64,000 bases of DNA from Armatimonadota bacterium (GCA_037444405.1 JBBIML010000017.1:1-64000); one strand, 5' to 3'; positions 1-10,170 are shown, counted from the stretch's first letter. A program made the numbers and translations. The notes: a model not told the origin generated them from the sequence alone.

Positions 1-150
1 GCTGGTCGCCCGCAGTGAGGATGTCGCCCTCACGATGGTGGAGGGCGCCATCCTCTATCAGGACGGCGCCTGGCACACCCTCGAAGCAGATGCATTTGCT
101 GGTTTCGCCCGAAGTACTGCACCTGAAAAACCGCAGAAAGGAGGATGCTG

Positions 151-807
151 ATGATGCGGGTCAAAAACTGGCTGGTTGTAATCGCTGTGGCAACGCTCGC
201 GGCTAACGCGCTGGCGTCAGGCTGGGATGTCACCATCGTCACCTCGCAGGGCGTGCTGAACCCTGGTGCTGCCGTGACGACCGTCCCGACTACAGTGGTG
301 GAAAATCCGCTGCCACAGGTGACCTTCAACACCAACGCGGGCAATCCGTTCCCTATCACTGTGGGCAATGGCACCAACTTCACTAACGGCACCTTCGTGG
401 GCATCTACACCGTGACCGACACCTCCAGCAGCAAGGGGCTGCTGACCGGCTTTAACTTCGTGGTCAGCGGCATCGTGTTCGAGTTCGGTCAGGTCATCGG
501 CTTCAAGAAGGTGGTCGACCTGGACACGGGCGAGGTGCTGTTCACGGGCAGCTGGGTCTGGAGCGGTTCCGCCTACGGTGGCACCGATGGCGCCTTCAGC
601 CTGAACCAGTCCTATACTCTGTCCAGCCCGTCGAACAACTTCATGGTGTTCGAGGTGTTCCTGCTGCACATTGATGGGGCGCCTGCGCCGGGCACTTCGA
701 CAGCGTCGCTGTTGCTGGTGGAGCAGGACTGGGTGCCGGAGCCGGCGAGTTTGCTGGCGCTGGGCGCTGGTCTGGCGGGTTTGATGCTGCGGCGGCGCAA
801 GCGTTAA
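151..807 (+). CDS. PEP-CTERM sorting-domain surface protein
   Basis: N-terminal signal peptide; C-terminal VPEPASLLALGAGLAGLMLRRRKR; RBS AAGGAGG at 138-144 (start 151 or 154). Confidence 0.92.
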   Translation: MMRVKNWLVVIAVATLAANALASGWDVTIVTSQGVLNPGAAVTTVPTTVVENPLPQVTFNTNAGNPFPITVGNGTNFTNGTFVGIYTVTDTSSSKGLLTGFNFVVSGIVFEFGQVIGFKKVVDLDTGEVLFTGSWVWSGSAYGGTDGAFSLNQSYTLSSPSNNFMVFEVFLLHIDGAPAPGTSTASLLLVEQDWVPEPASLLALGAGLAGLMLRRRKR

Positions 808-831
808 CCGCAGTTGCCTTTTCGGGTGATC

Positions 832-861
832 AGGGGCTGGGGTGAATCCCAGCCCCTTTTT
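832..861 (+). terminator. Intrinsic terminator hairpin
   Basis: AGGGGCTGGG-GTGAAT-CCCAGCCCCT followed by a T run, between convergent genes. Confidence 0.8.
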
Positions 862-2599
862 AGTTCGCCAGCAGCGTCCAGAGGTTGTGCAGCAGAGCGG
901 GCGCCTGCGGCATCTCCAGCAGGCGGAACCACACATAAGCCACCTGCGCGCCCTTCAGCTCGCCCGCGCGATAGCGAATAACGGCGGCGCCCTCGCCCCA
1001 GCGGCGACCTTCCGAATCGACCAGCGTAATGAGCGGGATGTATTGATTTAGCGGGCTGGGCTTGAGCATCGGTCGCCAGCGGCAGTCGCCTCCTTCCGGG
1101 AACGGCAGCCGGGCGGGCATATCGGGCAGGCGGCGCGTGTCGCAGCGGAAATGGAGCCGCACGCCTGCCGGCGGCTGCTCAAAGCCCGTCTGACCCGCCA
1201 CAGGCGGTGTCGCACTGCCCGCAATCGTCAAGCCGAACATGCTGGCTCGCTGAACGGGACGCTCGCCATCATAATAGAAGGGGAACGGTGCGGATGGCAG
1301 CGCCACCAGCGTCCCGCCCGCCTGCAGATAGCCTCGCAGCGCGCGGTCAAAATCGCCCGCCTCCCGCACCGACGCGCGATACGACTCGCCACCCAGATAG
1401 ACCAGCGTGGCGTATCGGTCAGGGGTCAGCTCGCCAGCCTGCACAACCGCTTCATACGATAGCATCTCCAGCTCCAGCCCCGCATCGATAAGCCAGAAGA
1501 GCGCCTCGGACGCGCCGCCTGGCAGGATGCCGATGCGCTTTCCGCGCCAGCGGCGGCGCAGGGCGTTCAGCTTCTCGCCCGTGATAGCCGTCAGCGGCGG
1601 CGCCATGCGCGGACGCTCCGGCAACTGCCGAAAGCGCGGCACATACTCCGCTGTCAACTTCAGATAGCGGTCGCCATGCTCGACCGATGGTTCCATCTCA
1701 CTGCCCTCGTGCCACTCGTTGAAGCTGGTAATCAGCACCCAGTCGGGATTGAGCGTTAGCACCGCCTGCCACTGGTTCCGATACGAGTCGCCGTTGAACC
1801 GCTCCGCGCGAATGCCCGGCTTGCGGATTTTGGTGTCGTCGTAGCCCGGGATAATCGTGGCGCAGGCGATTCGCCCAAGCTGACCCGCGATCTGCAACGG
1901 CTCGCGATAGATACGCTCCACCGCTGCCTGCACCGCATCCACAGGCAGACCCTGCAGGCGGTCGCAGATGTTATAGGTGTGGATGCCGTCGAAGATTCGC
2001 GCGGCGGATTTGCTGAGCTGGTCAGCAATGGCGCACACGCCCGCCTTATGCTGTCGGTTCACCTGCTCCAGCACGCTCGCCCACTGCATCAGGCTGAGCT
2101 GACCCAGCGCGCGACCGTACACAAAAATCACAGGCTTGCCATCCACCCTGAGCCACGCGGGATGGTCGCCATACTGACGCAGCAGATAGAGCCAGTCTGC
2201 CACGACGCTATCGGGATTGCCAGGCACAGGCACGATTTCATAGTAGATGCTGACCTGCAGGTTGTGCTGGCGGGCGGCGTCCAGCATCAGCGGCACGCCC
2301 TCATCATGAAAATCGCCCCTTGACCACCAGCTGAGGATGAAGCCGTCCAGATTCGACTCACGCGCCCACTGGCAATGCTGGCGGATGACCTTCGGGTCGT
2401 GTGAATCGTAGGCGCCCAGCAGGGGATAGTGCGTGCTGTTGCCAATCTGCTGGCGCACAGTATCCACCTGCTCCCAGTGCAGCCAGCGTCCTGACACCTG
2501 CGGGTTGCCGTACCAGCCGTAATAGAACGCCAGCACCCTGCGTGGAATCTGCCCGTAGCGGACGCTCGCCCGCGCCCGCAATACCGATAACTCATCCAT
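860..2599 (-). CDS. GH99-like glycoside hydrolase (endo-alpha-mannosidase-like) with C-terminal extension
   Basis: AFYYGWY, YPLLGAYDSHD and ITSFNEWHEG motifs. Confidence 0.8.
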   Translation of the reverse strand: MDELSVLRARASVRYGQIPRRVLAFYYGWYGNPQVSGRWLHWEQVDTVRQQIGNSTHYPLLGAYDSHDPKVIRQHCQWARESNLDGFILSWWSRGDFHDEGVPLMLDAARQHNLQVSIYYEIVPVPGNPDSVVADWLYLLRQYGDHPAWLRVDGKPVIFVYGRALGQLSLMQWASVLEQVNRQHKAGVCAIADQLSKSAARIFDGIHTYNICDRLQGLPVDAVQAAVERIYREPLQIAGQLGRIACATIIPGYDDTKIRKPGIRAERFNGDSYRNQWQAVLTLNPDWVLITSFNEWHEGSEMEPSVEHGDRYLKLTAEYVPRFRQLPERPRMAPPLTAITGEKLNALRRRWRGKRIGILPGGASEALFWLIDAGLELEMLSYEAVVQAGELTPDRYATLVYLGGESYRASVREAGDFDRALRGYLQAGGTLVALPSAPFPFYYDGERPVQRASMFGLTIAGSATPPVAGQTGFEQPPAGVRLHFRCDTRRLPDMPARLPFPEGGDCRWRPMLKPSPLNQYIPLITLVDSEGRRWGEGAAVIRYRAGELKGAQVAYVWFRLLEMPQAPALLHNLWTLLAN

Positions 2600-2684
2600 C
2601 GCCTGCTCCCTGCGAATCAGGATACCTCACAGTGCAGAGGCTTGCACGGATGCTGCATAGAGGTAGCAGGAACCTGAAGGGTTG

Positions 2685-2693
2685 TGGTACAAT
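2685..2693 (+). promoter_or_regulatory. Extended -10 promoter for the TPR-CHAT gene
   Basis: TGGTACAAT about 75 bp upstream of the start. Confidence 0.5.
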
Positions 2694-2769
2694 CTAACTG
2701 AGGCAGAATCTCGCCAGCGATGGCGAGCGTGTGGGTGTGAGGTTCAAGTGGACACAACAGGAGGACATG

Positions 2770-5751
2770 ATGAGATTCGCGATACTGGCTCTGGTGTTGA
2801 CGGCGTGTTCACTGATGGCGCAGGGGCAGACGGGCGCCCATCCAGAGGTGGAGACGCTGATTCGGCAAGCGATGGACGCTCGCCAGCAGGAACGCTGGCA
2901 GGATGCGCAACGGCTCTACCAGCAAGCCATCGAGCGGGCGCGTGCGCTGAATGACCGTGTGGGCGAGGCGAGCGCGTGGCACAATCTCGGTGTGGCGCAA
3001 CTGGCGATTAAACGCCCCGCGGATGCGCTCAAAAGCCTGCAGACGGCGCTCGCCCTCTGGCGCGAGCTGGGCAACCGCGTCAGCGAGGCGAACACCCTGC
3101 ACAACCTGGGCACCGCCTATGCCGATCTCGGCAAGGCGCGTGAGGCGCTCCAGATGTATCAGCAGGCGCTCGAACTCCGCCAGCAGCTGGGTCATCAGCA
3201 GGGCATCGCCGCCACCTTGCAGGGCATCGGCTCCGTCTACTACGCCATGCGCGACCTGCACAACGCCCAGCGCTATTTCGAACAAGCCCTCACTCGCTAT
3301 CGGCAACTGGGCAGCAAGGTGGGTGAGGCGGAAACCCTGCGCTACATCGGCAACCTGCTCGCTGTCGGCGGGCAATGGCAGAAGGCGTTAGCGGCTTACG
3401 AGCAGGCAGTCGCCCTCTATCGCGAAGCGAACGATATGGAAGGCGAGGCGACCACCTTAGCAGGTGTGGGCGCGCTGTTTCTGGATATGGGTCAGCCCGA
3501 ACTCGCGCTCGGCTACTACCAGCAGACGCTGGCACTGCGCCAGAAGGGTCGCGACCGCCGCGCCGTCATCAACGCGCATCTCGGCATCGGACACATCTAC
3601 GCCGCGCTCAATCGGCACGACGACGCCAAGAGGGAGTACGAGCAGGCGCTCGCCCTCAGCCGCAAACTCGGCGATCAGCGGGCAGAAGCCGCCGCGCTGA
3701 CCGCGCTCGGCACCATCGAAGCGCGCCTGCGACCAGACAAACCGAGCGCGTCCGAATCGCTCTTCCGGCAGGCGATTCTGCTCGCGCAGGCGACAGGCGA
3801 TAAGCTTGCGCAGGCGAACGCGCTGGTTCAGCAGGGCGCGCTCAGCGCCCGCACGAACCGCCCCCATGAAGCCATGCGCGGCTTCGAAAACGCGCTCGTG
3901 CTCTATCGCGAGCTGGGCGACCGCCGCGGCGAAATGGTCGCGCTCGCCAATCTGGGCGCCATCCACGCCAGCAGCGGCGAGAAAACGAAAGCCGTCGAGT
4001 ATTACCAGCAGGCGATCGAGGTCGCCGAATCGCTGCGCGAATCGCTGAGCGCGCTCACCGAAGGCAAGCTGGCGTTTCAGGAGAACCGCCACGCGCTCTA
4101 CGCCCGCTATATCAGCCTGCTGCTCAATCTGAACCGCATCGAGGACGCCTTCGCCCTCGCGCAGAAAGCCAAAGCGCGCACGCTGACCGATTTAATGGGC
4201 ATTGACCGCTCCGCCCTGCGCCGGGTGCTGACACCCGAAGAGCGCGAGCAGGAGCAGGCACTGCGCTATCAGCTCGATCGCGCCACGCAGAACCTGCTGG
4301 CCGCCCGCGCGAACCCCGACACTGACCCGCAACTGCTCGCCGAACTGCGTGAGGCTGTCCAGCAGGCGGAGCGCGAGTGGCAGGCGTTTATGGACAGCGT
4401 GTACGCCCGCCATCCGAACCTGATGCGACAGCAGGGTGTGCGCACCGTCACGCTGGAACAGATCGCGCAGAGCCTGCCCGCCGATACCGCACTGATTGAA
4501 TACCTGCTGTTGCAGCCGTCGGCGCAGGCGGGCAACGACTACCTGCTCATCTTCTGCCTGACCGCCGAGCGGGGCAAGCCGAAGCTGAGCGCACGGGTCA
4601 TCCCGCTCAGCGAGCCACCCTTAGCCGAGCGCACTGAATCGTTCGTGCTGACCTGCGCCGTGCCCAACGCCGAGTACCGAGCGCGGGCGATCGAGATGTA
4701 TAACCTGCTGATTGCCCCTATCGCATCGAAGCTGGCGGGCGTCAAACGGCTGGTTATCTGTCCCGACAGCACGCTGTGGGATGTGCCGTTCCAGGCGTTG
4801 CTGGACGGCAAGCAGTTTCTAATCGAGCGTTACGAGCTGAGCTATGCGCCCAGCGCGACGGTGGCGATGCTGTTGCGCGAGCTGCGCACCGCGCCCAATC
4901 GCCCGCGCCCGACGCATGAGCTGCTGCTGGTGGCGAACCCGCAGTTTGGCATGCTGACGCTGGCGTCGGCGAACGACGAGCGCCCGCTGACCACCGGCTC
5001 GCGCCCGCTGACAGCAGGGGCACGCCCATTAACCAGCGGCGCCCGACCGCTCACTTCAGGCGCACGCCCGCTGACCAGTGGGGCACGCCCCATCACCTCC
5101 GGTGCGCGTCCCATCACCACTGGCGCGCGCCCGCTGACCTCTGGCGCCCGCGACATCACCGGCGAATGGCTGGCGGAAGCAGGCATCCGAGTCACGCCGC
5201 TGCCCGGCACCGAGCGCGAGGCGGAAGCCATCGCCAGGCTGTTCCCCGACGCCCGACTGCTGACCCGAGAGCAGGCGCAGGAATCGACGCTCAAAAGCCA
5301 GCTTCCGCAATATCGCTATGTGCATCTGGCGACGCACGGCTACTTCAGCAATGTGGCGCCCCTGCAGAGCGGTGTGGTGCTGGCGGAGCCGCCGCCCGAC
5401 GCGAACGAGGATGGCATCCTGACCGCCCGCGAGCTGATGGAACTGCCTTTGAGCGCGGAGATGGTGGTGCTGTCCGCCTGTGAGAGCGCGCGCGGGATTG
5501 CCCGCCCCGGCGAGGGCACAATCGGCATGGTGTGGGCGCTGACCGTCTGCGGCGTGCCCGTGCAGATACTCAGCCAGTGGAAGGTCAGCGACGAAAGCAC
5601 CGCCATGCTGATGAGCGGCTACTATCAGCAGTTGCGCGAGGGCAGGTCGCCCGCCGCTGCCCTGCGCGACGCCGCGCTCGCCGTCAAACGCGACCCGCGC
5701 TTCAGCCATCCCTATTACTGGTCGCCCTTCATCTGCGTCAGCAGCTGGTGA
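2770..5751 (+). CDS. Secreted TPR-repeat CHAT-domain (caspase/HetF-like) protease
   Basis: Signal peptide MRFAILALVLTAC; many TPRs; HLATHG (His) and LSACES (Cys) motifs; PLPGTEREA; HPYYWSPF C-terminus; RBS GGAGG at 2760. Confidence 0.92.
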   Translation: MRFAILALVLTACSLMAQGQTGAHPEVETLIRQAMDARQQERWQDAQRLYQQAIERARALNDRVGEASAWHNLGVAQLAIKRPADALKSLQTALALWRELGNRVSEANTLHNLGTAYADLGKAREALQMYQQALELRQQLGHQQGIAATLQGIGSVYYAMRDLHNAQRYFEQALTRYRQLGSKVGEAETLRYIGNLLAVGGQWQKALAAYEQAVALYREANDMEGEATTLAGVGALFLDMGQPELALGYYQQTLALRQKGRDRRAVINAHLGIGHIYAALNRHDDAKREYEQALALSRKLGDQRAEAAALTALGTIEARLRPDKPSASESLFRQAILLAQATGDKLAQANALVQQGALSARTNRPHEAMRGFENALVLYRELGDRRGEMVALANLGAIHASSGEKTKAVEYYQQAIEVAESLRESLSALTEGKLAFQENRHALYARYISLLLNLNRIEDAFALAQKAKARTLTDLMGIDRSALRRVLTPEEREQEQALRYQLDRATQNLLAARANPDTDPQLLAELREAVQQAEREWQAFMDSVYARHPNLMRQQGVRTVTLEQIAQSLPADTALIEYLLLQPSAQAGNDYLLIFCLTAERGKPKLSARVIPLSEPPLAERTESFVLTCAVPNAEYRARAIEMYNLLIAPIASKLAGVKRLVICPDSTLWDVPFQALLDGKQFLIERYELSYAPSATVAMLLRELRTAPNRPRPTHELLLVANPQFGMLTLASANDERPLTTGSRPLTAGARPLTSGARPLTSGARPLTSGARPITSGARPITTGARPLTSGARDITGEWLAEAGIRVTPLPGTEREAEAIARLFPDARLLTREQAQESTLKSQLPQYRYVHLATHGYFSNVAPLQSGVVLAEPPPDANEDGILTARELMELPLSAEMVVLSACESARGIARPGEGTIGMVWALTVCGVPVQILSQWKVSDESTAMLMSGYYQQLREGRSPAAALRDAALAVKRDPRFSHPYYWSPFICVSSW
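4981..5163 (+). repeat. In-frame 21-bp/7-aa tandem repeat, 8 full units plus a partial ninth
   Basis: RPLTTGS RPLTAGA RPLTSGA RPLTSGA RPLTSGA RPITSGA RPITTGA RPLTSGA RDITG. Confidence 0.97.
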
Positions 5752-6140
5752 GCGGCTCGTCGCGCGAGGCGGTCAGCGGCTTTATTGAACTCGCGCGTGT
5801 GATGGCGCACCTCGATGCGCTCGATCTGGCGGGCGAGTTGCCGTGCCTGCTGCAACAGCGGGCGCAGGTTCGGACTGCGCACGGCGTACTCGCCCCGCCA
5901 CTGGCGCGTCAGCAGCTCGCTGTCGGTGTACCACACTAAATGCGCCACACCGAGCCGAACCGCCTCCTCCAGCCCGCGAATAAGCGCGCGATACTCCGCC
6001 TCGTTGTTGGTCGCCACGCCAATCGGCTCGCTGCACTTCGCCAGCACCGCACCCTGCTCATCGGTCAGAATCACCCCGATGCCCGCCGGCCCAGGGTTGC
6101 CCAGCGACGCGCCGTCCGTGAACAGATAGGCTTTCTTCAT
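5715..6140 (-). CDS. rnhA: Ribonuclease HI family protein
   Basis: FTDGASLGNPGPAG, TNNEAEY, TDSEL and NKAADRLA motifs. Confidence 0.88.
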   Translation of the reverse strand: MKKAYLFTDGASLGNPGPAGIGVILTDEQGAVLAKCSEPIGVATNNEAEYRALIRGLEEAVRLGVAHLVWYTDSELLTRQWRGEYAVRSPNLRPLLQQARQLARQIERIEVRHHTREFNKAADRLARRAAHQLLTQMKGDQ

Positions 6141-6148
6141 CCCTATTT

Positions 6149-7741
6149 TCAGAACAGGTTCGGCACGGTGGGGTCAATCCACACATCGAGCAGGGTCGGT
6201 TGATCCGCCTGTAAGGCTGCTGGCAGCGCCTCTTCGAGCGCGTCGGGGCTGTCGATCCGCTGCGCCTGCACGCCCATCCCCTGCGCGATTGCCACCAGAT
6301 CGAGATGGGGCACATCCATCCCCTGCAGGCGGCTCTCCGTGCCCGGATAGAACGCCTTTGCGAAACTTTTGAGGATATTGTAGGCGCGATTGTTCAGCAC
6401 GAGGAACAGCACGGGCGCGTTTTCCTGCACCGCGCTCCAGAGCGCCTGCACCGAATACATCACGGAGCCGTCGCCAATCACGCACACCACGGGTCGGTCC
6501 GGCTGCGCCATTTTGATGCCGACGGCGGCAGGCATCGCCCAGCCCAGCCCACCGCTGGCGGAGGTGAAGTAGTCGCCTGTGGTGGGGATTCGCACAAACT
6601 CGCGCAGGCAGAGGCTGGAGGAGACCGCCTCGTCCACAATAATCGCGTTCGGAGGCAGGTGGCGGGCGAGCGTGTACAGCACGAAGAAGGCGCCCATCTG
6701 CTGGCGTGCGCGGCTCGCTTCCGAGCGGCGACGAGCCTCTTCAACCGCGCGCGAGGGCGACTGATACACGCGGGCAGGCACCTGCTCCGCCAGCCAGCAC
6801 AGCGACGCCCGAATATCACCAACGAACGCGCTGTCAGCAGGCGCGCGAGTCGCCTCCTGCGGGTCATCTGTGATCAGCATCGCGCGAACGCCCGGCGGCA
6901 ACAGCCCGCCCGGAAAGTAGGGATAGAGTAGAAAGAGCGGCGCGCCCACCACCAGCACAAAATCGTGCTGGCTCAGCGCCTGCAGCAGGCGCGGCACCGC
7001 AGGCAACAGCATGCCCGCATAAAGCGGATGGTTCGTTGGGAAGGCGAGGCGCGAGTTGATGGGCGCATGATAGACCGCGCAGCCCAGCCTCTCGGCGAGC
7101 GCGACCGCCGCAGGCACCGCGTTCGCGCCGCCCACCTTTGCACCCAGCACCAGCGCGGGATTCTGTGCAGACTCCAGCGCGCTCACCACCCGTTCCAGAC
7201 CCTGCGGCATGCCCAGCGGCTGCACTTCGCGCAGGCGCGGTGGCTCCGCAGGCGCGTCCCAGAAGTTCATCGGGATCGACACGAACACCGGTCCGCGCGG
7301 CGGCGTCAGCGCCAGATGGTACGCCTGCTCCAGCGCGTCGGGCACATCCGCAGGCTGAACCACCTCAAAGGCATATTTCGTCACGGGACGCGCCATGCCC
7401 ACCAGATCGCCCGACAGCAACGGCGCATGGAACAGATGGCGCGTGTCCTGCTGACCGCAGGTTACTATCAATGGCGCGTTGTTCTTCAGTGCCGTATACA
7501 GCATGCCAATCGCGTTCCCCAGCCCGGGCGCCACATGCAGGTTCAGCATCGCGGGCTTGCCCGACGCCTGCGCATAACCGTCCGCCATCGCCACCGCCAC
7601 GCTCTCCTGCAACGCCAGCACATACCGAACCGTGTCGGGCAACTCCACCAGAAACGGCAGCTCCGTCGAGCCCGGATTGCCGAACAGATGGCGGATGCCG
7701 CGCCGCTTCATCCACTCAAAGGTCGCCTCGCGAATGTTCAT
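6149..7741 (-). CDS. mdlC: TPP-dependent decarboxylase, benzoylformate decarboxylase family
   Basis: FGNPGSTELP, LQESVAVAMADG, NLH..GLGNA and GDGS...NN TPP motif; start placed at MNIREATF. Confidence 0.8.
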   Translation of the reverse strand: MNIREATFEWMKRRGIRHLFGNPGSTELPFLVELPDTVRYVLALQESVAVAMADGYAQASGKPAMLNLHVAPGLGNAIGMLYTALKNNAPLIVTCGQQDTRHLFHAPLLSGDLVGMARPVTKYAFEVVQPADVPDALEQAYHLALTPPRGPVFVSIPMNFWDAPAEPPRLREVQPLGMPQGLERVVSALESAQNPALVLGAKVGGANAVPAAVALAERLGCAVYHAPINSRLAFPTNHPLYAGMLLPAVPRLLQALSQHDFVLVVGAPLFLLYPYFPGGLLPPGVRAMLITDDPQEATRAPADSAFVGDIRASLCWLAEQVPARVYQSPSRAVEEARRRSEASRARQQMGAFFVLYTLARHLPPNAIIVDEAVSSSLCLREFVRIPTTGDYFTSASGGLGWAMPAAVGIKMAQPDRPVVCVIGDGSVMYSVQALWSAVQENAPVLFLVLNNRAYNILKSFAKAFYPGTESRLQGMDVPHLDLVAIAQGMGVQAQRIDSPDALEEALPAALQADQPTLLDVWIDPTVPNLF

Positions 7742-7781
7742 ACGCTTCCATCTACCACCCACCGCCCGAAAATCCTGCTGA
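7716..7781 (+). repeat. 66-bp direct repeat, copy 1
   Basis: Identical to 8578-8643. Confidence 0.97.
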
Positions 7782-7853
7782 AGAGTCACCCATGCGTTGC
7801 AGGTATACTCGTTCTGACCGTTTTGAGCGGGTCTAACAGGAGGTGGCTATCTG

Positions 7854-8177
7854 ATGAGTTCGCTGATCATCGAACCGAATGTTTACTACACGGTGGACGA
7901 AGCGGCGGCGCGGCTTCGCGTTTCGCCGCGCACAATCCTGCGCCTGCTCCGCACCCGCGTGATTAAGGGGATTAAGATTGGCAGGCAGTGGCGCATCCTG
8001 GGGGCGTCGCTGCTGGAGTTGCCACACGCTCAATCGGCTCCGGCACCACCCCAGCGCTCCCTGCTTGAAGTGCTTGAGGCAATTCATGCACGGCAGCGCG
8101 CACGAGGGCATGTTCCGCCAGCACCAGAAGAGGTAACAACTTATCTGCAAGCTGAGCGAGATGGCTGGGGAGAATAG
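7854..8177 (+). CDS. Excisionase-like HTH protein, putative antitoxin
   Basis: YTVDEAAARLRVSPRTI...GIKIGRQWRI; directly upstream of a PIN gene; RBS AGGAGG. Confidence 0.8.
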   Translation: MSSLIIEPNVYYTVDEAAARLRVSPRTILRLLRTRVIKGIKIGRQWRILGASLLELPHAQSAPAPPQRSLLEVLEAIHARQRARGHVPPAPEEVTTYLQAERDGWGE

Positions 8178-8179
8178 CG

Positions 8180-8569
8180 ATGCGGTTTTATCTGGATGCA
8201 GCTCCCGTTATCTATCTTGTTGAACAGGTTAGCCCCTACTATTTGCCCCTGAGTCGGCGTTTAGCACAGTCCGGAGGTGTGCTGGTAGTGAGCGAGTTAA
8301 CCCGCCTGGAGTGCCGAGTTAAACCGTTGAAGTTTAATGATATTGATTTACTACGAGATTATGATGAATTTTTCAACTATTCGGTCGTGGAGGTTGTTCC
8401 TTTATCGCGAGCAGTGATGGAGCTGGCGACCGAAATCAGAGCGAGATACGGCTTCAGAACCCCTGATTCGATCCATCTGGCTGCTGCCAGACATGCTCTC
8501 TGCGAGGTTTTCCTGACTAATGACCACCAACTGGTGCGCTACGCCGATATTCGAGTCGAAATCGTTTAA
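8180..8569 (+). CDS. vapC: PIN-domain VapC-family toxin
   Basis: YLDAAPVIY, ELTRLE, TPDSIHLAAA and FLTND acidic motifs. Confidence 0.88.
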   Translation: MRFYLDAAPVIYLVEQVSPYYLPLSRRLAQSGGVLVVSELTRLECRVKPLKFNDIDLLRDYDEFFNYSVVEVVPLSRAVMELATEIRARYGFRTPDSIHLAAARHALCEVFLTNDHQLVRYADIRVEIV

Positions 8570-8577
8570 TGTTCACT

Positions 8578-8643
8578 TCAAAGGTCGCCTCGCGAATGTT
8601 CATACGCTTCCATCTACCACCCACCGCCCGAAAATCCTGCTGA
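8578..8643 (+). repeat. 66-bp direct repeat, copy 2
   Basis: Identical to 7716-7781. Confidence 0.97.
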
Positions 8644-8661
8644 CTGTGCTATAATAGAGGC

Positions 8662-9420
8662 ATGCGATTAAGGAAGGGGTTCACCCTTATTGAGCTGCTG
8701 GTGGTGATAGCGATTATCGCCATTCTGGCGGCGATTTTGTTTCCCGTGTTCGCACAGGCGCGGGAGAAGGCGCGTCAGACCGCATGTTTGTCCAACGCGC
8801 GTCAGCTGGCGATGGCAGTGCAGACCTATCTGCAGGATCACGACGAGGCGTTTCCGCCGTCCACCAACTACGATGTGCCCACCAATGTGCCGGAGCGCAT
8901 CTGGACGCGCATCATTCAGCCCTATGTGAAGGATACGAACATCTTTGTGTGTCCAAGCGCGTCGAATTCGGGCTTCCCGTCAGATTGGGCGTCGCGCGGG
9001 ATTGGCTCCATCGGCTACACGACCATAACCGCCTACGACCCGCTTCAGATAGAGGGCTTCGCCACGCCCGCCACTTTGCCGCAGATGGAGGAGCCAGCCC
9101 GCACGCCGCTGTTCGGCGACACCGCCAGCGGACCGACCGCCGACAAGTATCGCGGCTATGTGTTTGACCCGTATAACGGCGATCCGAACCCGCGCGATCC
9201 GCGGCTGGGCACGCCGCTGGTGGCGGATCGCGACCTGGTGCGCGAGCTGAACCATCTGCCGCCGGCTCGCCTGAAGCCGCTCTATGCGCGCCACTTCGCG
9301 ACGGGCACTAATCGCGGGCTAACGACTCTCATCTTCGGTGACGGGCACGCCAAACCTTACTCGGCAGCGTCCATCCTGGCTCAGGACCAGGGCGCGAACC
9401 TCATCTGGCGCTTTCGGTAA
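8662..9420 (+). CDS. Prepilin-type N-terminal methylation / DUF1559-like protein
   Basis: [34 protein letters not shown]-terminal RH...FGDGHAK. Confidence 0.9.
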   Translation: MRLRKGFTLIELLVVIAIIAILAAILFPVFAQAREKARQTACLSNARQLAMAVQTYLQDHDEAFPPSTNYDVPTNVPERIWTRIIQPYVKDTNIFVCPSASNSGFPSDWASRGIGSIGYTTITAYDPLQIEGFATPATLPQMEEPARTPLFGDTASGPTADKYRGYVFDPYNGDPNPRDPRLGTPLVADRDLVRELNHLPPARLKPLYARHFATGTNRGLTTLIFGDGHAKPYSAASILAQDQGANLIWRFR

Positions 9421-9441
9421 GGGTCGGGTAGAATCGGCGCG

Positions 9442-10164
9442 ATGGTGAGCTTCGACTTTTCGGGCAAAGTCGCGCTCATTACGGGCGCGACGGGCGCGCT
9501 GGGGCGCGTGGTGGCACGCCACTTCCTGACGGCAGGCGCCACGCTCGCGCTCACAGGCAGAGACGAAAACGCGCTCCATCAGCTGTTCGCTGACCTCGCG
9601 CTGAACCCCGACCACCTGCTAATCGGCGGGATCGACCTTTCAGAGCCAGAGCAGGCGGAGGCTGCCGTGCGCCAGGCTGCCGAGCGGTTCGGGCGAATCG
9701 ATATTCTGGTGAACACGGTCGGGGGCTATAAGGGCGGCGCGACCGTTGATCAAACGCCCGTCGCCGACTGGGATGCGCTGTGGGCGATCAACGCGCGTGT
9801 GGCGTTTCTCATCTCGCGCGCGGTTGTGCCCGTGATGCTAACGGCGGGCGAGGGCAGGATTGTGCATGTGGCGGGGCGTGCAGGCATAAGCGGCGCGGCA
9901 GGCATCGCCGCCTACGCCGCTGCCAAAAGCGCGGTCATCCGCCTCACCGAATCGCTGGCTGCTGAACTGAAAGAGCGCAATATCAATGTGAATTGCGTGC
10001 TGCCGGGCACCATCGACACACCTGCGAACCGCGCGGCGATGCCCAGCGCCGATTTCCGCCGCTGGGTGCCGCCCGATGCGATTGCTGATGTGATACTGTT
10101 CCTCTGCTCGCCAGCGGCGCGAGCGATTCACGGCGCGGCGATCCCCGTGTACGGGCTGAGCTGA
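9442..10164 (+). CDS. Short-chain dehydrogenase/reductase
   Basis: TGATGALG, YAAAK and PGTIDT motifs. Confidence 0.9.
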   Translation: MVSFDFSGKVALITGATGALGRVVARHFLTAGATLALTGRDENALHQLFADLALNPDHLLIGGIDLSEPEQAEAAVRQAAERFGRIDILVNTVGGYKGGATVDQTPVADWDALWAINARVAFLISRAVVPVMLTAGEGRIVHVAGRAGISGAAGIAAYAAAKSAVIRLTESLAAELKERNINVNCVLPGTIDTPANRAAMPSADFRRWVPPDAIADVILFLCSPAARAIHGAAIPVYGLS

Positions 10165-10170
10165 AGCGCG

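Noticed and set aside
71..86. Sigma-54 promoter for the intact PEP-CTERM gene
   Set aside because: TGGCAC is present but the -12 TTGC element is missing.
2770..5751. CRISPR-associated (Csx29-like) role for the TPR-CHAT protein
   Set aside because: It has a signal peptide and no cas genes nearby; the solitary repeat is about 21 kb away.
5715..5751. Convergent 3' overlap of CHAT and rnhA (also uppS and the hydrolase)
   Set aside because: Short convergent overlaps are common in compact genomes.
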